A stretch of DNA of 64,000 bases from Gammaproteobacteria bacterium (lineage in GTDB: Bacteria > Pseudomonadota > Gammaproteobacteria > GCA-001735895), in NCBI GenBank assembly GCA_029862005.1, contig JAOTYD010000006.1:5758-69757 (forward strand), written 5' to 3'. Below, one piece after another: positions 49,547 through 58,014 of this stretch. The position numbers and the translations under genes were made by a program. The first letter of the stretch is position 1; every line of letters begins with the position of its first letter. Under the pieces are notes generated by a model that saw only the letters and a list, made by a program, of their open reading frames with translations, was not told the origin of the DNA and searched no databases.

Positions 49547-50086
49547 TCAATCCGGTACAGAAGATACCTCTTTTGATTCTCCTTTGAGGTTTCCGTTGGC
49601 CGGAACGGGGGTTGACTTGAACTGCAGGATGTCCTCCTCCGTAAACGCAGGTCCCAGAAGACGCTTGCCCAGTAAATACCGGGTCAGGTTTACAGGCGAA
49701 ACTTTGGCCGTAACGCTCTCTTCCGCATCATTGAGACCCGCGGTTACACCCAACTCGTAGGCGTTTATGCATCCCGGCTTATAGCTTTTCGTCAGTGGAT
49801 CTGCCAGCTCCGCCCCGTTTTCATAGATTTCCCACAATTTGCCGGGAGAGACCTTATCGCAGGTACCCCTCAGTAGTTTGAGCTGTAGCGTCATATCATT
49901 GCAGCCATGACGATTCAAGACACCCCAGAAAAAGGACTTGAGATAGCCCGAGGTGAAAGCGACTTCCTCGGATTTTTGAAATAACTTCCTGTGACTCGCC
50001 AAGGCATCCAGTATCTGGCGGTGAATCAGTACGCCAGTATTTCCGGCTGCTTTTTTATACCGCCGATTTTTCCCAAAACCAAACAT
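49547..50086 (-). CDS. Hypothetical protein
   Basis: 179-aa ORF (MFGFGK...) with a purine-rich RBS; no family recognised. Confidence 0.6.
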   Translation of the reverse strand: MFGFGKNRRYKKAAGNTGVLIHRQILDALASHRKLFQKSEEVAFTSGYLKSFFWGVLNRHGCNDMTLQLKLLRGTCDKVSPGKLWEIYENGAELADPLTKSYKPGCINAYELGVTAGLNDAEESVTAKVSPVNLTRYLLGKRLLGPAFTEEDILQFKSTPVPANGNLKGESKEVSSVPD

Positions 50087-50326
50087 AGTCCCCCTGCTGA
50101 AATGGTATTCCTGTTATCACTGACACGCGACAGATTACCATAACAAGCGGCCGGTATAACCACTTGTGCAATATTTCATATTCCGATGTTAATCCGCTGG
50201 CAAGCGGTTATCGGTAAGTGAGGAGTGCGATCAATTTTGTCGATACCGCAAAAGTCGCGTAAAACCGCGATTATTGACGAAAGCCACCGCAGCCCTGGCG
50301 GGCCGCGGCGACTTACGAGAAAGGAG

Positions 50327-50794
50327 CTAAACCGCTGCTTCAGCTTTTTCCTTGTGCTCGAGCGTGGCGCCCGCGCTGCCGATTGCAATCGACTTCGGCT
50401 TCATAGCCTCGGGAACTTCCTTGACCAGGCTAATGGTCAACAGGCCGTTTTTAAGGTCGGCGCCGCTGACTTCAATGTGGTCGGCAAGATTGAACTTGCG
50501 CTCGAAGCTGCGGTTTGCGATGCCGCGATACAGGTATTCCCTGTCTTTGCTATCGTCGGCTTTTTTGCCCCGTACACGCAATTCGCCTTTTTCGACCTGG
50601 ATATCGAGCTCGCTTTCTTCGAAGCCCGCAACCGCGATGGTAATCGCGTAGCGATCCTCTCCGGTAGCCTCGATATCGTAAGGCGGGAAACCGACCGTGG
50701 CTTTTTGACTGCGCAACGCGCTATCCAGTAGTGAACCCATACGGTCGAAACCGATGCTACTGCGGTACAGGGGGGATAAATCGATAGTTGTCAT
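50327..50794 (-). CDS. ibpA: Small heat-shock protein IbpA/Hsp20 (start at ATG 50794)
   Basis: DLSPLYRSSIGFDR; FPPYDIE; YLYRGIANRSFERKF; NGLLTI; KPKSIAI. Confidence 0.93.
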   Translation of the reverse strand: MTTIDLSPLYRSSIGFDRMGSLLDSALRSQKATVGFPPYDIEATGEDRYAITIAVAGFEESELDIQVEKGELRVRGKKADDSKDREYLYRGIANRSFERKFNLADHIEVSGADLKNGLLTISLVKEVPEAMKPKSIAIGSAGATLEHKEKAEAAV

Positions 50795-50894
50795 AACAAA
50801 TTCTCCTAAAGAAGCAATTGATAAACGTGCCGCCATTCTCTTAGAGACCTGGCGATCACGGACACTATCTGGGAATTTTTACTGTGATTTCAAG
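50795..50894 (-). promoter_or_regulatory. sigma32 promoter and ROSE-like RNA thermometer leader of ibpA
   Basis: Minus strand CTTGAAA-N14-CCCAGATA (50894-50866); TTGCT-TCTTT-AGGAG just upstream of the ATG. Confidence 0.7.
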
Positions 50895-50916
50895 AACCGG
50901 CCGGGAATTTTTTTAC

Positions 50917-53900
50917 CTATCCCTGCTTTTCAAGCCACTTGACCAGGTGGGAAAATGGTAACGGACGCGAAACGATGAATCCCTGCACCTGATCGCAGCC
51001 AATCTCGGCGACAAGGTCCCAGTCCTGCTGGTCCTCAACACCCTCGGCGACCACCTTCATATTGAGCTTTTTTGCCAGCAGTACGCTTGACTCGAGAATC
51101 GCACGCGCCGAGGCTTCCTGCGCTGCGCCATGCACGAATGCTCGATCAATTTTAAACTCGGTAAACGGGATGCGTTGCAGCTGCTCCATCGATGAATAAC
51201 CCGTGCCAAAATCGTCGATCGACAGGTTAAACCGTTTCAGCGACAGTCGGCTCAGGATATCGAGCGCGACCGACAGATGCTCCATCAAGCGGCTCTCGGT
51301 GATTTCGAAGGAAATGCTCGAGGCCTCCAGACCGGATGTTTCCAGCATTGTTGAAACCCGGTCCGGCCATTCGAGGTCGGTCAGTGAATCGACCGACAGG
51401 TTGATCGCAATGTTGAGATTGTAACCCAGCGATTTCAATTCTGCTGCATACTCCAGCACCTTGACCAGGACAACATCGGTCAATTCCTTTATCAGCCCGT
51501 TTTCTTCGGCCATGGTGATGAAAGCGTTGGGCTTGATCAATCCCTTGATCGGATGATTCCAGCGAACCAGTGCCTCAACACCGACAACCTGGCCGGATTT
51601 GATATCGACCTTGGGTTGGAAATAGGTGTCCAGTTGATCGTTAGTAATCGCATTTTCCAGCTCCATCAGTGGAGCGGGTCCGACCAGCATCATCGTGCCT
51701 TCCTGGCGAATCTGGTCGAGCGAATCAAGCAGTTCGCTTAGCTTGGCAGGCGCTGCCGGTTTTTCCAGTACGCCGAGCACATGCAAATCGTGTTCGATGG
51801 CAAGCTTCTCCACCGTCTTCAGGATACGCAAATCTTCACCACTGGTTAAAATCAGCGAACCCGAGAATTTCCTTTTAGCCAGGTGACGAATGAACTCAAC
51901 GCCATCCATTTCCGGCATGTTCAGATCGCATATCACAACATCGACACCGTCGCCCTTCTGCTCCAGGATCTCCTGTGCGGCCGGGCCTGACATCGCATTC
52001 AGTACCCCTGAAATACCCAGATCATTCAGCATTACCGTCATCACCCGGTGCATGATGTAGTCATCATCTACCAGCAGCAACTTGATACTGAACTGGGTGA
52101 CATCTTCATCTTCAGCAGGCAGCTGCGGGCTGAATTCAGGTTCCACAACCGGTGCCGGGCTCTCAGCTATCGGTTCATCCAGATATTCTTCAATAAAGGC
52201 TGTCGCCTCTGCGGCATGCTGACGCAATGGAGGAATCATATTTTCGATCTGCGGCCAGGCCTCATCGGTCGCCTTTGATTCCAGCTGCTGGCAGGCATGT
52301 GCCATGGCCATTGCGCCGAGGCTGCGTGACGATGATTTCAACTTGTGCGCGTATTCGGCTACCTGTTCGCTGTTCTTCCAGGCAAAGGCCTGCTGAATGT
52401 TTTCAACCTCGTTTACAAGCGCCTTATTATAGGATTGCAGCAGGCGCCTGTGCAGGTCGGGTTTATTCCCGGTGGATTGCACCAGTACGCTCAGATCGAT
52501 TGCCTCGTCTACCCGCAAGTCAATAGAATCCTGGCCATTCCCCACGTCTTCCACGATCACATTGTCCGGCGCCCACTTATCAAGTACGTTGCGTAGATCA
52601 TCGAGTTCCACCGGCTTGGGAATAACGTCATCCACCCCGACCGCGAAACATTTTTCGACATCCGCTTCCAGTGCATTGGCAGTAATCGCGATGACCGGCG
52701 CCCGCAAACCCTGGTCATTTTCCTGCTGCCGGATTTCCTGCACCAGTTCGTAGCCGTTCATTTCCGGCATGCGCATATCGGTTAACAACAGGTCGTAGTG
52801 ACCCTGTTGCCAGAGTTCAAGTGCCAGTGCACCGTTAGCGACATAGTCAGCGCGATAACCCAGAATATTCAATTGTGCCGCCATCAACTCCTGGTTAATC
52901 AGGTTATCCTCGGCAACAAGTATGCGCGACCTGTCACCTTTGGATTGATCGTCTTGCGATTTAGCTGACTCCGGAAAATCAACCACGCTGCCGATGGGCG
53001 TTGACGGTGCCTGGTCAAGCGTTACCCAGAAAGTGCTGCCCTCGCCCGGTTTACTGTTGATCTCAAGTTCGCCCTTCATCAGATCCACCAGCTGCCTGGT
53101 AATCACGAGCCCGATACCGGAACCTTCAACACCGCTGAACTCCGCGCCCAGACGATTGAAAGGCTGGAACAGCTCCTTGAGTTTTCTGGGAGAGATGCCT
53201 ACTCCGGTATCGCGAATACCGATTCGTAATGATTTGTCCTTTCCGAATTCGGAAACAACACTGACGGTACCTTTCTCACCGTTATACTTGATCGCATTCG
53301 TCAACAGATTCAGAAATACCTGCTTGAGCCGAATCGAGTCAGCAAAGACGTTTATGCGCTCAAATTGCGTCGCGTCGAATTCCATGCGTATATTGCGCTC
53401 GTATGCGAGCGGCTCAACCCAGTGAACGCTATCGCTTAAAACCTGAAACAGCGATACCGGCTCCAGCGTTATATCGCTTTCACCTGCTTCGATGCGTGAT
53501 AGGTCAAGTATCTGGTCGATCAACGACATCAGGTGTTTACCGGCGCGATTTATTTCGTTGGCGTTGGCGAGATGTTGCTCATTCAGGCCACGGTCATATT
53601 CAAACAACTGTGAAAATCCGAGAATCGCGTTCAACGGGGTGCGCAGCTCGTGACTCATGCTGGACAGAAACTCGGACTTCGCCTGGTTGGCCTGCTCCGC
53701 CTGAAGCTTGGCCTCGATTAATCGTGCTTCGGCCTCTTTACGATTGGTAATATTTTCGTGGATCGTGATGACGCGCTCCCAGGTATCTTCGTAACCTCGC
53801 ACCAGGGTTACAATGGAACGGGTTTCGAAATAAGACCCGTCGAGACGCGAGTCGACCCGTTCCGCACTGTAAAGCTTTTCGTCACTGGCAAGCGCAGCGA

Positions 53901-54717
53901 TTTCCTTTGCGTAGTACTCCACCCACTGCGCATCCCACCAGTCGTCAACATCTGCTTCGCCAGCCAGGAACTCCTCTTTCGAGTCGGCCTCATGCATCCG
54001 TAACAATGCCTCGTTAACATCGGTAATACGTGTCTGCTCAACCAGTTCCTTCAGGAGTCTTGGATTTTTATAAAAGTACTCTTCGAGGTTTTCGATCCCC
54101 TGGAAGCGGAGCTTGTCGACTACAGTCTTGATTTCCGAATAGTCTTCTTCCTGAACGCCCAGCGGCATATGGGTAAATAACGAGCTGAATCGTTCTTCGC
54201 TCTTTTTCAGTGCCTGAATCGCCGTTTCCGATTCAGAAACATCCTGAACCATGCCAAAGCTTGACTCCAGTTTGCCCTTGTCATCGAACACGCCCTGCTG
54301 GTATTCACGCAAGTGTCGAGTCTCTCCCTTTTTGGTGACAACCCGGTAATCGAACACATGACACTTGCCGGGCTGCAGCAGTTCTGCAGAATTGAGATTC
54401 TCGAGATAATGCGCCTTGTCTTCAGGATGGATAATCGATTGGATCTGTTCCGGATTACGGTAAAGCTTTTTAAGTTCGCCCTGATTGATACCTAGAACAT
54501 CGGCCATTTCGGCGGAGTAACTAATGGGTTTGTTGGCTTTTTCGTCCCATTCCCAGATGCCGAGGTTGAGCATCTTTGACAGTTCCTGGCTTCGTAAATC
54601 GCGGGATTCGATCTGTGCCCGGGCCTCATCCAGCTGTGCCTGCAACTCGGCAATCTCGTCACGTAAGGACTGCTCGGTTGAACTGGCTTTGGTGGTTTTT
54701 TTGGTTTTTGCTGTCAA
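50917..54717 (-). CDS. Hybrid kinase PAS-PAS-HisKA-HATPase-REC-HPt-REC-EAL
   Basis: SMSHELRTPLNAILGF; GSGIGL; LLTDMRMP; AHKLKSSSRSLGA; VICDLNMP; VEALVRW; DDFGTGYSS. Confidence 0.92.
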   Translation of the reverse strand: MTAKTKKTTKASSTEQSLRDEIAELQAQLDEARAQIESRDLRSQELSKMLNLGIWEWDEKANKPISYSAEMADVLGINQGELKKLYRNPEQIQSIIHPEDKAHYLENLNSAELLQPGKCHVFDYRVVTKKGETRHLREYQQGVFDDKGKLESSFGMVQDVSESETAIQALKKSEERFSSLFTHMPLGVQEEDYSEIKTVVDKLRFQGIENLEEYFYKNPRLLKELVEQTRITDVNEALLRMHEADSKEEFLAGEADVDDWWDAQWVEYYAKEIAALASDEKLYSAERVDSRLDGSYFETRSIVTLVRGYEDTWERVITIHENITNRKEAEARLIEAKLQAEQANQAKSEFLSSMSHELRTPLNAILGFSQLFEYDRGLNEQHLANANEINRAGKHLMSLIDQILDLSRIEAGESDITLEPVSLFQVLSDSVHWVEPLAYERNIRMEFDATQFERINVFADSIRLKQVFLNLLTNAIKYNGEKGTVSVVSEFGKDKSLRIGIRDTGVGISPRKLKELFQPFNRLGAEFSGVEGSGIGLVITRQLVDLMKGELEINSKPGEGSTFWVTLDQAPSTPIGSVVDFPESAKSQDDQSKGDRSRILVAEDNLINQELMAAQLNILGYRADYVANGALALELWQQGHYDLLLTDMRMPEMNGYELVQEIRQQENDQGLRAPVIAITANALEADVEKCFAVGVDDVIPKPVELDDLRNVLDKWAPDNVIVEDVGNGQDSIDLRVDEAIDLSVLVQSTGNKPDLHRRLLQSYNKALVNEVENIQQAFAWKNSEQVAEYAHKLKSSSRSLGAMAMAHACQQLESKATDEAWPQIENMIPPLRQHAAEATAFIEEYLDEPIAESPAPVVEPEFSPQLPAEDEDVTQFSIKLLLVDDDYIMHRVMTVMLNDLGISGVLNAMSGPAAQEILEQKGDGVDVVICDLNMPEMDGVEFIRHLAKRKFSGSLILTSGEDLRILKTVEKLAIEHDLHVLGVLEKPAAPAKLSELLDSLDQIRQEGTMMLVGPAPLMELENAITNDQLDTYFQPKVDIKSGQVVGVEALVRWNHPIKGLIKPNAFITMAEENGLIKELTDVVLVKVLEYAAELKSLGYNLNIAINLSVDSLTDLEWPDRVSTMLETSGLEASSISFEITESRLMEHLSVALDILSRLSLKRFNLSIDDFGTGYSSMEQLQRIPFTEFKIDRAFVHGAAQEASARAILESSVLLAKKLNMKVVAEGVEDQQDWDLVAEIGCDQVQGFIVSRPLPFSHLVKWLEKQG

Positions 54718-54971
54718 GGCATTGCTACAAAAGTTGCACAGCGCTAAGTATAGGTGTCAATTTGGCGGAAATCTTGAGCAAATTCCCGCATTTGTGACCT
54801 GTATCTCCAACCGGGAAATGGTAATTCTTATCGCAAATAAAGCGCGATTTCTATCGGTGGACCCTGATCCTTGCGCATGCTGATTTCGAGACAGGCTTTT
54901 CTTGACGCCTGGTTTCGTGTCTCGCAATTCAGGTTATAATCTGGCATCAATTAAACCTAGCGAGCACCAAC

Positions 54972-55547
54972 ATGGCAGAAACTCCGTCGACAATGCTGGA
55001 AATCGGCACCCAGGCACCCTCATTTTCACTGCTAGAACCCGCCACTGGCAACCAGGTGAGCCTTTCGGATTATTGCGACAAGCCGCTATTGGTGGTTTTC
55101 TCGTGTAACCACTGCCCTTACGTCCTGCACATCATCAAATCCTTCAGTGAATTTGCGAATGCGGCACAAAATCGGGGCCTTGGTGTTGTCATGATCAGCT
55201 CGAATGACGTCACTGGATACCCGGCCGACAGCCCGGAAAAAATGGTTGAGCTGGCACAACAACATGGATTCGAGTTCCCGTACCTGTATGACGAAACACA
55301 GCAGGTTGCGCAATCCTATCGGGCCGCCTGCACACCTGATTTCTTCTTATTTGATGCGTCGCACCGGCTGGTGTATCGGGGGCAATACGATGCATCGAGA
55401 CCTGGCAATGATGTTGCCGTCAGCGGTAGCGATATGAAAGTCGCTGTCGATGCGCTGTTTGCGAACAGACCACTGTCGCGGGAGCAGATTCCGAGCGTTG
55501 GTTGTAACATCAAGTGGCGTGCTGACAACGCACCCGATTACTTCTGA
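54972..55547 (+). CDS. Thioredoxin-like AhpC/TSA family protein
   Basis: CNHCPYV; YLYDETQQVA; AACTPDFF; GCNIKW. Confidence 0.92.
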   Translation: MAETPSTMLEIGTQAPSFSLLEPATGNQVSLSDYCDKPLLVVFSCNHCPYVLHIIKSFSEFANAAQNRGLGVVMISSNDVTGYPADSPEKMVELAQQHGFEFPYLYDETQQVAQSYRAACTPDFFLFDASHRLVYRGQYDASRPGNDVAVSGSDMKVAVDALFANRPLSREQIPSVGCNIKWRADNAPDYF

Positions 55548-56167
55548 GCTTTAAGCGCCACGGAGTCGGCGTGATCGGCTTTCATCGCATCAACCTTGTC
55601 CATTACTTCCTGCAGGGTAAGCTGGTGATCCTTGCCGCCACCGAAGATTTCGCCAAATTCGGTTATCAAGTCGCTTAGTTTGTCATTTGCTACCGAGAGT
55701 TCGGTACGCAGTTCTTCATTTTCGCCCTGTAGTGTGGAGATCTCCTCGACCACCGCCTCGTCCTCCGATGCAACCTCGACTCGTGGCTGGAGGCATTTGT
55801 ATGCCTTTACTAAATTATCCAGGGCAGTATCCAGCGTGGTGATTTGTGCTCTTTTACCTCGGTATAAGCTCTCGATCAAATGTTTGAAAAAATCGGTTTC
55901 GTGTTTGTCAATATCGGACAGCGTGCTCCTCAACTCGTCGCCTTCAAGTTGATATACCGCCTGTAAATAAGATTCGGTTTGCTGTTTACGCAAGGAAGAA
56001 CGTCCCTTGATAGCTGCAGTAAGTTTCGCAATATCCCCGCGTTTACGCCGCCTGCGAACCAACGTTACCAGTAACCAGACCAGTAACAGTACCAACAACA
56101 GTACGAAACCTTCGACCAGCAGAATAAAATAAATAGCATTGACTTCAAGCATCGAATCACTCTTCAT
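55538..56167 (-). CDS. Membrane-anchored coiled-coil hypothetical protein
   Basis: N-terminal TM followed by RRRRKR; acidic coiled coil; overlaps the stop of the VWA gene. Confidence 0.75.
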   Translation of the reverse strand: MKSDSMLEVNAIYFILLVEGFVLLLVLLLVWLLVTLVRRRRKRGDIAKLTAAIKGRSSLRKQQTESYLQAVYQLEGDELRSTLSDIDKHETDFFKHLIESLYRGKRAQITTLDTALDNLVKAYKCLQPRVEVASEDEAVVEEISTLQGENEELRTELSVANDKLSDLITEFGEIFGGGKDHQLTLQEVMDKVDAMKADHADSVALKAQK

Positions 56168-57887
56168 CTAGAACCAGTGCAGGCGTGGCCTTACCCCTTT
56201 TCAGGAACCACCAGCCAACAATAAACAACAACAAAAGGAACAGGTTAACCCCAACGATGACCACACCGACGATTTTCCAGTCGATGTCTTCCGATGGCGT
56301 CAACGGTTCAGCGGGATCATCCCGGGCGGCACCGGTTTGTTCGGGTTCGGCAATGGGTGGCGCACGATAAACACCGAGCATCGAGAATGTCCCGAGATCA
56401 AGGTCCCTGATCTCGTTCGTCTGGGACTGTGCCGAAACCTTGACATGCGCACGATAGAGGCCGTCCTGATCGGTCTTCACTTCGGTATGCAACCATCCCG
56501 CCAAGGACTCAAGCGCAAGGCTGTTCTTTGAGCCGTCCGGTGCCTCGATGTCGACATCGGCCGTCAAACCATCCGGTTTCAGGTATTCTTCCCGAGCACG
56601 CAGCTTGAGTTCATAAATACCCGGTGCCTGTTGCGCTTCGATTTTGACCTCGACCGGCCACTGCACTTGCATATCGAAACGCTTGCTGCGGTTAAAGGTC
56701 TGACTATCGGCTGATATGATAAAACTGTGTGTGCCTTCGGCAAATTTACGATCGGATTGATAGAGGTACCGCCCCTTGTCCTTGCGCACTTTGGTGAGAA
56801 TCATCTGGTGGCTGGTCTCGTTGCCCTCAACATCGATGTGTGAAATCTCGAAATCAACAAAGCGCAGAAAGCTGTTGCGGCTGATTTTCTGATCACGATT
56901 AAACAACTCGGCTGTCACCTCCAGGGCTTCCCGGGGGGTAGCGTAGGCCGGCATACCACCAACCTGCAGTTTCAGATCCGTGACTACCATCAGTCGATTA
57001 TCCGGATCCATCTCGGCATCGATACGCCAGCTGCCAGCCTGTGGTTTTTTGACCGTTATCAATTCGTATCCCTGGTCGCTACGCCAGCGGGATCCACGCG
57101 GTTTCAGCGCGCTCAGTGCCGGGCTATCCGGGGGAATCAACAGTGTCGGCTCACTGGTATCGGTACGAAACAGCAACAGGGTCATTTCCCTGATACTGGA
57201 ATCAATCTGGAATTCCCTGCCTTTCAGCGCAACCGTATCCGGTTTGCTGGCGCGTTCAAACATCCTGAAAAAAACTTTTTGCAGTTCGGCTGCGCTTTGC
57301 GCTACCGCAAATGAACCCCCGGTTTCAAGGGCAAGTTGTTTCAGCAATACTTCGTCTGTACCGTGCGACAATGCGATTGCATGGACCTGCGCCTGTGCCT
57401 GCTTGAGCGCGGCCAGGCTCTTGCTCAGAACCCTGGCACGTGATGCCTGGTTCTTCGCGGCATCAGAAGAAACATCGACTTTACCGTCGGTTAACAACAA
57501 CAGGATGCGCTGGGTATTTGCGTCCGCCTTACCCCAGCCTACGCTGGCGCGTGCGAGTGCACTTTCGATATCGGTTAACAGCGCATTGGAGTGTATTTCA
57601 TCGGCGCCTGAATCGGCCAGACTGCGCCAGGCATCGTCCACCACACCCCACTTCACGCTCATATTAACGTAACGTCCGAAGGTCCAGACGCCGGCCCGTG
57701 ATCCGCTCGGTAACAGTCCGTTTATCAGTTTTAACGCCGGGACGCGCAAGTTCTGCGGATCGGTCTGCTTCATGCTTCCGGAAACATCGATTACGATCCG
57801 AAAGTCATAGCGGGCCTCTGCCGCTAATAACTGGTCCTGGGAAAGGACAGATATTAAAAGCATATATAGACAAATACGCTTGCGCAT
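56157..57887 (-). CDS. VWA-domain exported protein with a C-terminal membrane anchor (TIGR03503-like region)
   Basis: Signal peptide; DVSGS MIDAS motif; LLTDG; FQIDSSIREMT..P.AGSWRI; C-terminal TM. Confidence 0.8.
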   Translation of the reverse strand: MRKRICLYMLLISVLSQDQLLAAEARYDFRIVIDVSGSMKQTDPQNLRVPALKLINGLLPSGSRAGVWTFGRYVNMSVKWGVVDDAWRSLADSGADEIHSNALLTDIESALARASVGWGKADANTQRILLLLTDGKVDVSSDAAKNQASRARVLSKSLAALKQAQAQVHAIALSHGTDEVLLKQLALETGGSFAVAQSAAELQKVFFRMFERASKPDTVALKGREFQIDSSIREMTLLLFRTDTSEPTLLIPPDSPALSALKPRGSRWRSDQGYELITVKKPQAGSWRIDAEMDPDNRLMVVTDLKLQVGGMPAYATPREALEVTAELFNRDQKISRNSFLRFVDFEISHIDVEGNETSHQMILTKVRKDKGRYLYQSDRKFAEGTHSFIISADSQTFNRSKRFDMQVQWPVEVKIEAQQAPGIYELKLRAREEYLKPDGLTADVDIEAPDGSKNSLALESLAGWLHTEVKTDQDGLYRAHVKVSAQSQTNEIRDLDLGTFSMLGVYRAPPIAEPEQTGAARDDPAEPLTPSEDIDWKIVGVVIVGVNLFLLLLFIVGWWFLKRGKATPALVLDEE

Positions 57888-58014
57888 TGGTATAAGAAAG
57901 AGTTATCTACATATGCTTTATCGGCCAATAACGGAACTTCTAAACATTAATTAGAGCCCCAACAGAATGCGCCACACAATATCAGACCATAACAAGACAA
58001 AAGATCGCGTTTAA

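Noticed and set aside
54885-54960. B-subunit-like hairpin GACAGGCTTTTCTTGACGCCTG upstream of the thioredoxin-like gene
   Set aside because: No CGGCCA core 47 nt downstream and no A subunit; more likely promoter sequence.
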